From Fusobacterium sp. IOR10 (GTDB taxonomy: Bacteria; Fusobacteriota; Fusobacteriia; Fusobacteriales; Fusobacteriaceae): a stretch of 64,000 nt of DNA. The translations under genes and the position numbers were made by a program. The stretch spans positions 1 to 64,000 of the forward strand of contig NZ_WJWY01000005.1 in assembly GCF_010367435.1 (NCBI RefSeq), written 5' to 3'. This document shows positions 57,946 to 64,000 of the stretch, piece after piece. The notes beneath the pieces were generated by a model, which saw only the letters and a list, made by a program, of their open reading frames with translations, was not told the DNA's origin and searched no databases. Position 1 is the first letter of the stretch. Each line of letters starts with the position of its first letter.

Positions 57946-59169
57946 ATGAATTTTAGCTTTAATGACTTGGGAATACTTTTTAATTTTGATATGGTTGGAA
58001 CTGTTGCCATTGGGCTTATATCACTTTACGTTGGAAAACTTATGAAGGAAAAACTCAATTTTCTAGATAAGTTTGGAGTACCTGCTGCTGTTTTAGGGGG
58101 ATTATTATTTGCAATAATACATCTTACTATTAGAAGTGTACATATTGGAAGTATACAATATAACACTGCTTTACTTACTCCTTTCATGGTTGTCTTCTTT
58201 ACAACTATTGGTTTAGGTTCTTCAATTGATGGACTTAAAAAAGGTGGAAAACTTTTAATTATATTTTGGCTTTTAAGTGGATTTATGACTTTTATGCAAA
58301 CAGTTATTGGGGTGTCTGTTGCTAAATTCACTGGAATCAATCCTCTTCTTGGGGTTCTTGCAGGTTCTGTTTCAATGTCTGGTGGACATGGTGCAGCTGG
58401 AGCCTTTGGACAAACTGTTGAAAGTTTAGGTGTCACTGGTTCCCTTACAATGGCCTTATCTTCAGCTACTTTTGGACTTGTGGCAGGGGGATTATTAGGA
58501 GCTCCCCTAGGAATTAGTTTAATAAAAAAATACAAATTAAAACCTAAAAATGTTGTAAATGAAAATGAAGTTGGACTTAAAATAGACATTGATAAAAAGG
58601 AAATCAACCTTAACTCAATGCTAAGACATATTTCCATGTTAGCTATTATTATGACTGTTGGAATATCAATTAGTAACCTTTTAAAGGCTAGTTTCAACCT
58701 AGCACTTCCATCTTATGTTGGAGCAATGTTTTGCGCTATTATTTTCAATAACTTAAATATTAAATACAAATGGTTTAATATGGACAGAAACTTAATCAAT
58801 ATAATTGGAGAGGCATCTTTAAATATTTTCCTTTCAATGGCTTTAATTTCTTTAAAGCTTTGGGAATTAGCTGCCCTAGCTGTTCCAATGATTATAATTT
58901 TACTGTGTCAAGTTCTCTTTATGTTCCTTTATACAAGATTCATTGTATTTAGAGCTATGGGTAGAGATTATGACGCTGCTGTTATGGTTTCAGGAATGTG
59001 TGGTTCTGGACTTGGAGCGACTACAAATGCAATGATAAACATGGGTGAAGTTAGTGGAAGATATGGATATACTGTAAATCCCTACCTTATAATTCCCCTT
59101 ACAGGAGCATTTTTAATTGATATTTTCCAAATGCCAATTATTATAACAGCAATTAACTTATTTAAATAA
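57946..59169 (+). CDS. gltS: Sodium/glutamate symporter
   Basis: 407 aa; co-linear similarity to E. coli GltS, including ...LAGSVSMSGGHGAAGAFG... (GltS: LAGSITLSGGHGTGAAW). Confidence 0.75.
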   Translation: MNFSFNDLGILFNFDMVGTVAIGLISLYVGKLMKEKLNFLDKFGVPAAVLGGLLFAIIHLTIRSVHIGSIQYNTALLTPFMVVFFTTIGLGSSIDGLKKGGKLLIIFWLLSGFMTFMQTVIGVSVAKFTGINPLLGVLAGSVSMSGGHGAAGAFGQTVESLGVTGSLTMALSSATFGLVAGGLLGAPLGISLIKKYKLKPKNVVNENEVGLKIDIDKKEINLNSMLRHISMLAIIMTVGISISNLLKASFNLALPSYVGAMFCAIIFNNLNIKYKWFNMDRNLINIIGEASLNIFLSMALISLKLWELAALAVPMIIILLCQVLFMFLYTRFIVFRAMGRDYDAAVMVSGMCGSGLGATTNAMINMGEVSGRYGYTVNPYLIIPLTGAFLIDIFQMPIIITAINLFK

Positions 59170-59194
59170 CTTTAGTATTACCCCTAAGTATACT

Positions 59195-59235
59195 AAAAAA
59201 TCTCCTAGGACTATTCCTAGGAGATTTCTTTTTAT
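59195..59235. terminator. Bidirectional Rho-independent terminator
   Basis: aaatctcctagg-actatt-cctaggagattt + T-run between convergent gltS and hutI genes. Confidence 0.6.
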
Positions 59236-59251
59236 ATTCATTTTCTGTAAT

Positions 59252-60514
59252 CTATGAGAAATTTATTTTCCCCTTTGATATTACTTTTTCCCCTTGTTTA
59301 TACACATCTTCCACATGATTAATTCCAAAATTATAGAAAATATAGTTTAGATTTTCCACATTGAAAACTACAAAATCTGCTAGCTTCCCAACTTCTAAAC
59401 TTCCTATAGTATCTTGTCTTCCCACTGCCTTTGCAGCATTTATAGTTACACTTTTAAATATTTCAATTGGAGTCATTTTTATTTGAGCTGAAGCTATGTT
59501 CATAGCAAGTTGTATGTTTTCACATGGACAAGACCCTGGATTATAATCTGTTGAAATAGCAACTGTTATCCCCTTATCTATCATTTTTCTAACAGGGGCA
59601 TAATCCTTTCCTAAATTAAAGGATGTTCCTGGAAGTATATTTGCTATTACATTATTTTTGCATAATTCTTTAATCCCCTTATCACTAATTGCCATTAAAT
59701 GCTCTGCAGAAATTGCACTAAGTTCCCCAGCTAACTCAGCTCCCCCAAGGGAAACTATTTCATCAGCATGGATTTTTAATTTAAAGGCACATTTTTTAGC
59801 TTCTTTTAATATATGTCTACTTTCTTCCACATTGAAAACACTGTCTTCACAGAAAATATCACAAAATTCTGCTAAATTACTTTCCTTAATAATAGGTAAC
59901 ATTCTTATAACTTCATTAACATATCCCTTTGGATCATCCTTATATTCCTCAGGAACTGCGTGGGCCCCTAAGAAAGTTGAAATTACATCAATTGGATGAT
60001 TTTCATTTAATTTTTTATTTGTTCTTAACTGTTTTAATTCAGTTTCCAAGTTCAATCCATAACCACTTTTACTTTCAACAGTTGTCACTCCAAAGGCAAG
60101 CATTCTATTTAAAACATCATAGGCCTTTTGAAATAATTGTTCCTCTGTTGCCTTTCTTGTATCCCTAACTGTACTTAATATTCCTCCACCTTTTTTTAAT
60201 ATTCCCAAATATGGAACTCCTTTTATTTTAAGGGGAAGTTCATTTTCCCTAGATCCATAGTGAACCAAATGAGTGTGGGAATCTATTATCCCTGGAGTTA
60301 CAACTTTTTTATGAGCATCAACAAGTAAAGTCTCTTCCCCTACAATTGACTTTGGAACCTCACCTTGTCCAAGGGCTAAAACCTTTCCCTTGGAAACAGC
60401 TAAATAGGCATTATGTAAAATTTCAATATTTTCCATATCTCCAATTGATTCCCTTTGTAATTCCTTGGATGTTACTAGGGTTCCAATATTATACAATATT
60501 AAATCTCCCTTCAT
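59252..60514 (-). CDS. hutI: Imidazolonepropionase
   Basis: 420 aa amidohydrolase; ...PGIIDSHTHLV... metal-binding motif and HutI-like overall pattern. Confidence 0.9.
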   Translation of the reverse strand: MKGDLILYNIGTLVTSKELQRESIGDMENIEILHNAYLAVSKGKVLALGQGEVPKSIVGEETLLVDAHKKVVTPGIIDSHTHLVHYGSRENELPLKIKGVPYLGILKKGGGILSTVRDTRKATEEQLFQKAYDVLNRMLAFGVTTVESKSGYGLNLETELKQLRTNKKLNENHPIDVISTFLGAHAVPEEYKDDPKGYVNEVIRMLPIIKESNLAEFCDIFCEDSVFNVEESRHILKEAKKCAFKLKIHADEIVSLGGAELAGELSAISAEHLMAISDKGIKELCKNNVIANILPGTSFNLGKDYAPVRKMIDKGITVAISTDYNPGSCPCENIQLAMNIASAQIKMTPIEIFKSVTINAAKAVGRQDTIGSLEVGKLADFVVFNVENLNYIFYNFGINHVEDVYKQGEKVISKGKINFS

Positions 60515-62535
60515 ATACCCTCCTTAACTAATTTTTTAATAAATTCTTCATTTGCAATATAAGGAATAGTTATATGATCTGTTCCCTTGTTGTTTTTATT
60601 ATATAACATTGCAGTTTCAATAGAGTGGGGATTTCTAGCCCAAGCTCTTCTTGCAACTCCACCCATTACATCCCAAGGCATGGCTTGAGCAAGGATTTCA
60701 TCAACTCTTTTACTTCCGTCAAGAACCATTCCAAATCCACCATTTATAGATTTTCCAATTCCAACTCCCCCACCATTGTGAAGGGCAATCATTGACATTC
60801 CACGAGCTGCGTTTCCTGCAAAACATTGAGTTGCCATATCTGCCATTATATTACTTCCATCTTTAATATTTGAAGTTTCTCTAAAGGGAGAATCTGTTCC
60901 TGATACATCATGGTGATCTCTTCCTAGCATAACTGGTCCTATTTCCCCATCTCTTACCATTTTATTAAAGGAAAGAGCTATTTTAGTTCTGCTTTCTGCA
61001 TCTTGATAGAATATTCTTGCTTGGGTTCCAACTACCAATCCATTTTTATCTGCGTCACGTATCCAAATATAGTTGTCCCTATCTTGATATCTTCTATTTG
61101 GATCAACTAAGTCAAGGGCAGCCTTATCTGTTTTTAATAGATCTTCCTTTTTACCAGATAAGCACACCCATCTAAATGGTCCATATCCATAGTCAAATAA
61201 TTCAGGTCCCAATATATCTTCAACATAGGAAGGATAAATAAATCCACCCTTGTCATCTCTACCATTTTTTGAAATTTCTTTTATTCCAACATCATACAAG
61301 GCCTTTAGGAAACTATTTCCATAGTCAAAGAAATATACTCCCTTACTAGTTAGTCTTTTAATAACTGCATAATGTTTTTTCAAAGTTTCATTTACAAGTT
61401 CATTGAATTTTTCCCTATCTTCCCCAAGTAAAGCTGTTCTTTCTTCAAAGGTCATTCCCACAGGACAATATCCCCCATCATAAACAGCGTGGCAAGATGT
61501 TTGATCTGACAACAAATCAATGTGAATATTATTTTCATCTGCATACTCTAACAGATCAACTATATTTCCGTGGAAGGCTATTGCATAGGGAAGTTTCTTC
61601 TCTTGTTTTTCATTGGCAATTTCAAAAGCAGCTTTTGGACTTTCTGCTATTTCATCAACCCATCCTTGGTCCAATCTAGTTTGGATTCTTGATCTATCAA
61701 CTTCAGCTATAATTCCAACACCTTTAGCAATTACAGTTGCCTTTCCTTGGGCTCCACTCATTCCCCCAAGTCCTGAGGTAACAAATAGTTTTCCAGCTAA
61801 GTTCCCATCCTTGGGAACTCCACAAAATAGTCTAGCTGCATTTAATATTGTGGAATAAGTTCCATGAACTATCCCTTGGGGACCAATGTACATCCATCCA
61901 CCAGCTGTCATTTGTCCATAGTTTGCAACTCCTATAGCTGCAGCTCTAGCCCAGTTATTATAGTCATCAAATTCTCCAATCATAAGAGCATTTGTCATAA
62001 TACATCTAGGTGCAGTTGCTTTGGATCTAAAGAGTCCAGTTGGATGTCCTGATGCTACTACTAAAGTTTGATCTTGTTTTAAATGTTGTAAATATTTTTT
62101 TATTAATCTATATTGCATCCAGTTTTGACAAACTTGTCCTGTTTCACCATAAGTAACTAACTCATAAGGATACAGAGCAATTTCAAAGTCCAAATTATTT
62201 TCTATCATAACTTGAATTGCCTTTCCTTCAACACAGTTTCCCTTGTATTCATCTATTGGTTTTCCATAAATTCTTCCTTCAGGTCTAAATCTATATCCAT
62301 AGATTCTACCATGTTCCATTAGCTCATGTAAAAATTCTGGAGCTAGCTTTTCATGATATTCCTCTGGAATATATCTTAAGGCATTTTTAAGGGCTAACTC
62401 TATGTCATCCTTTTCCAAATGCACAACTCTTTTAGGTGCTCTTCTATATTTTGGATCCATCTTAGGAATATAATTTGGAATATCTTCTTTTTCCAGTTTA
62501 ATAGTCATAGTTTTAAAAATTTCTTCATTTATCAT
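60511..62535 (-). CDS. hutU: Urocanate hydratase
   Basis: 674 aa; highly conserved urocanase blocks (...GGGVGIGKSINGGFGMV..., NAD-binding GLGGMSGAQ). Confidence 0.9.
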   Translation of the reverse strand: MINEEIFKTMTIKLEKEDIPNYIPKMDPKYRRAPKRVVHLEKDDIELALKNALRYIPEEYHEKLAPEFLHELMEHGRIYGYRFRPEGRIYGKPIDEYKGNCVEGKAIQVMIENNLDFEIALYPYELVTYGETGQVCQNWMQYRLIKKYLQHLKQDQTLVVASGHPTGLFRSKATAPRCIMTNALMIGEFDDYNNWARAAAIGVANYGQMTAGGWMYIGPQGIVHGTYSTILNAARLFCGVPKDGNLAGKLFVTSGLGGMSGAQGKATVIAKGVGIIAEVDRSRIQTRLDQGWVDEIAESPKAAFEIANEKQEKKLPYAIAFHGNIVDLLEYADENNIHIDLLSDQTSCHAVYDGGYCPVGMTFEERTALLGEDREKFNELVNETLKKHYAVIKRLTSKGVYFFDYGNSFLKALYDVGIKEISKNGRDDKGGFIYPSYVEDILGPELFDYGYGPFRWVCLSGKKEDLLKTDKAALDLVDPNRRYQDRDNYIWIRDADKNGLVVGTQARIFYQDAESRTKIALSFNKMVRDGEIGPVMLGRDHHDVSGTDSPFRETSNIKDGSNIMADMATQCFAGNAARGMSMIALHNGGGVGIGKSINGGFGMVLDGSKRVDEILAQAMPWDVMGGVARRAWARNPHSIETAMLYNKNNKGTDHITIPYIANEEFIKKLVKEGI

Positions 62536-62549
62536 AATATTTCTCCCTC

Positions 62550-64000
62550 CTATATTTCTAGTTCCCCTATTTTTCCTTGTACACTTTCAACTATTTTATT
62601 TTCTTCTATTAATTTTTCCACTGCATCTATGTCTATATGCATAACCCTATCAGTATCATAGTGGGAAACTATTTCCCTTACAAGTTTGTATGCTTCCTTA
62701 GTTCCTTGTCCTAAACCATCAACTGCTTTTCTAAGGTCAATACCTTGACAAGCTGTTAATATTTCCATTGAAATAACCTTTCTTGCATTTTGTAATATTT
62801 CCCCAGCCTTTCTTGCTCCTATTGTTCCCATGGATACATGGTCCTCTTGGTTAGCTGAAGATGGAATTGAATCCACAGATGCTGGATGAGCTAAGATTTT
62901 ATTTTCTGAAACTAAGGCTGCTGCTGCATATTGAACTATCATAAACCCTGAATTTACTCCACCCTTTTCCACTAAAAATGCTGGTAATCCATAGTTTAAA
63001 CTTGGATTCACTAATCTTTCAAGTCTTCTTTCTGATACATTTGCCATTTCTGATATTGCTATGCCTAGGAAATCAAAGGGAAGTGCCATTGGTTGTCCAT
63101 GGAAGTTTCCTCCAGAAATAACATCATCTGTGTCACAGAATATAATTGGATTATCTGTTACAGCGTCCATTTCTGTTTCAACTTTTTCCCTAACATAGTC
63201 TAGGGTATCCTTACTAGCCCCGTGAATTTGAGGAATACATCTCAATGTATATGGATCTTGAACCCTTAATTCCCCTTGTTTTTTAGTGTTTTTACTTTCC
63301 TTTAAAATTTTTCTAAAGTTTGCTGCTGTTCTTATTTGTCCTGCATGTCCTCTAACCTCATGAATTCTAGGATCAAAGGCACAAGTTATTCCATTTAGAG
63401 CTTCCATTGTTAGGGAACCTGCTAAATCAAGATGTTTCATTAAATTTATTGCATCATAGGTTACATGGGCCCCAACTGAAGTCATAACTTGAGTTCCATT
63501 TATTAGTGCTAATCCTTCCTTTGATGAAAGTTCTGGAAGAATTTTTACTCCACCCTTTTCCATTGCTTTTTTACCATCCATTAGTTCACCATTGTAGTAG
63601 GCTCTTCCCATTCCAAGCATTACTAAAACCATATGTGCCAAGGGAGCCAAATCTCCAGAAGCTCCAAGGGAACCCTTTTCTGGAATATAAGGAGTTACAC
63701 CTTTGTTTAACATTTCAACTAATGTGTCCACTGTTATTTTTCTTGCACCTGAATATCCCTTAGATAGGTTAACTACCCTTAGTAACATAATTCCCCTAAC
63801 AACATCAATTCCAAGGGGATTTCCAACTCCACAAGAATGACTCATTATTAAGTTCTTTTGTAACTGTCCTGTTTCTTCCTTTGACACAACTGTATCACAA
63901 AATTTTCCAAATCCTGTTGTGATTCCATAAGATACTCTTTTTTCTTCCACATATCTGTCAACTAAAGCTCTTGCCCTAGCTATTCTATCATAGGCACCTT
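62550..64000 (-). CDS. hutH: Histidine ammonia-lyase, 5' end truncated by the window edge
   Basis: The frame stays open to position 64000 (...RARALVDRYVEEKRVSYGITTGFGKF...). The MIO-forming ASGDL motif is present (...GSLGASGDLAPLAHM...). The start codon lies beyond the window. Confidence 0.9.
   Translation of the reverse strand, partial: GAYDRIARARALVDRYVEEKRVSYGITTGFGKFCDTVVSKEETGQLQKNLIMSHSCGVGNPLGIDVVRGIMLLRVVNLSKGYSGARKITVDTLVEMLNKGVTPYIPEKGSLGASGDLAPLAHMVLVMLGMGRAYYNGELMDGKKAMEKGGVKILPELSSKEGLALINGTQVMTSVGAHVTYDAINLMKHLDLAGSLTMEALNGITCAFDPRIHEVRGHAGQIRTAANFRKILKESKNTKKQGELRVQDPYTLRCIPQIHGASKDTLDYVREKVETEMDAVTDNPIIFCDTDDVISGGNFHGQPMALPFDFLGIAISEMANVSERRLERLVNPSLNYGLPAFLVEKGGVNSGFMIVQYAAAALVSENKILAHPASVDSIPSSANQEDHVSMGTIGARKAGEILQNARKVISMEILTACQGIDLRKAVDGLGQGTKEAYKLVREIVSHYDTDRVMHIDIDAVEKLIEENKIVESVQGKIGELEI

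Noticed and set aside
58026-58697. 223-aa minus-strand ORF inside gltS
   Set aside because: Antisense shadow ORF of a Gly/Ala-rich transporter region. Its Pro/Ala-rich translation is characteristic of reverse-frame artefacts.

Overview
This is a 64 kb chromosomal window from a very AT-rich (roughly 27-29% GC) anaerobe. The gene content fits a Gram-negative, Fusobacteriaceae-like organism: an Lgt-processed lipobox lipoprotein system, a beta-barrel OMP, the hut pathway, 4-subunit 2-oxoacid:ferredoxin oxidoreductase, NfnAB-like, FprA, TldD. The organism assignment is inference. Most of the window is densely packed core metabolism and transport.

Core gene content, in order along the window:
- Two MATE efflux pumps and a ThrE-pair exporter.
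- Housekeeping genes xth, coaX and lgt, plus FprA, a SulP anion transporter and a fused NfnAB-like protein.
- TldD, a beta-barrel OMP/NfeD/SPFH operon and two Cof HAD hydrolases.
- NhaC and a YheO-like regulator upstream of a porG/D/A/B-type 2-oxoacid:ferredoxin oxidoreductase.
- A COG2984/COG4120/COG1101 ABC system with two tandem substrate-binding paralogs.
- pstSCAB-phoU with an adjacent OmpR-type two-component system.
- pcp with DUF979/DUF969 membrane partners.
- A thrC-thrB / lysC-asd cluster.
- cutC, then niaR-nadC and a fused nadA-nadB gene.
- A pxpA/YcsG-like Nramp/pxpB/pxpC cluster.
- The hut genes hutD, hutG and gltS on one strand, converging on hutI, hutU and hutH (truncated at the window end).

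Non-core and accessory signals:
1. An IS3-family transposase orfA fragment at the left edge (1-75), abutting a MATE gene.
2. A roughly 1.1 kb gene-free AT-rich island at 13832-14928. It is flanked by a zinc-ribbon hypothetical protein and holds two precise 248-bp tandem non-coding modules. Each module has a bidirectional terminator hairpin plus a conserved 36-nt box. After them comes a 3-repeat/2-spacer CRISPR-like mini-array (30-nt repeat ending ...ATGTAAAT in the minus orientation, type I-B-like, degenerate distal repeat, no cas genes anywhere in the window). A GC-rich 9-bp inverted repeat sits in the putative leader.
3. A family-1 encapsulin shell gene tightly coupled to a small ferritin-like (EncFtn-type) cargo gene.
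4. A Met-rich MXKDX-repeat lipoprotein.
5. An unusual NadA-NadB fusion.
6. A sensor kinase whose N-terminal transmembrane/sensor region lies upstream of the first ATG.

Several ORF-track starts appear over-extended (thrC, nhaC, porG, the Met-rich lipoprotein, pxpB). All functional calls come from motif-level recognition of translated ORFs; no database search was run.
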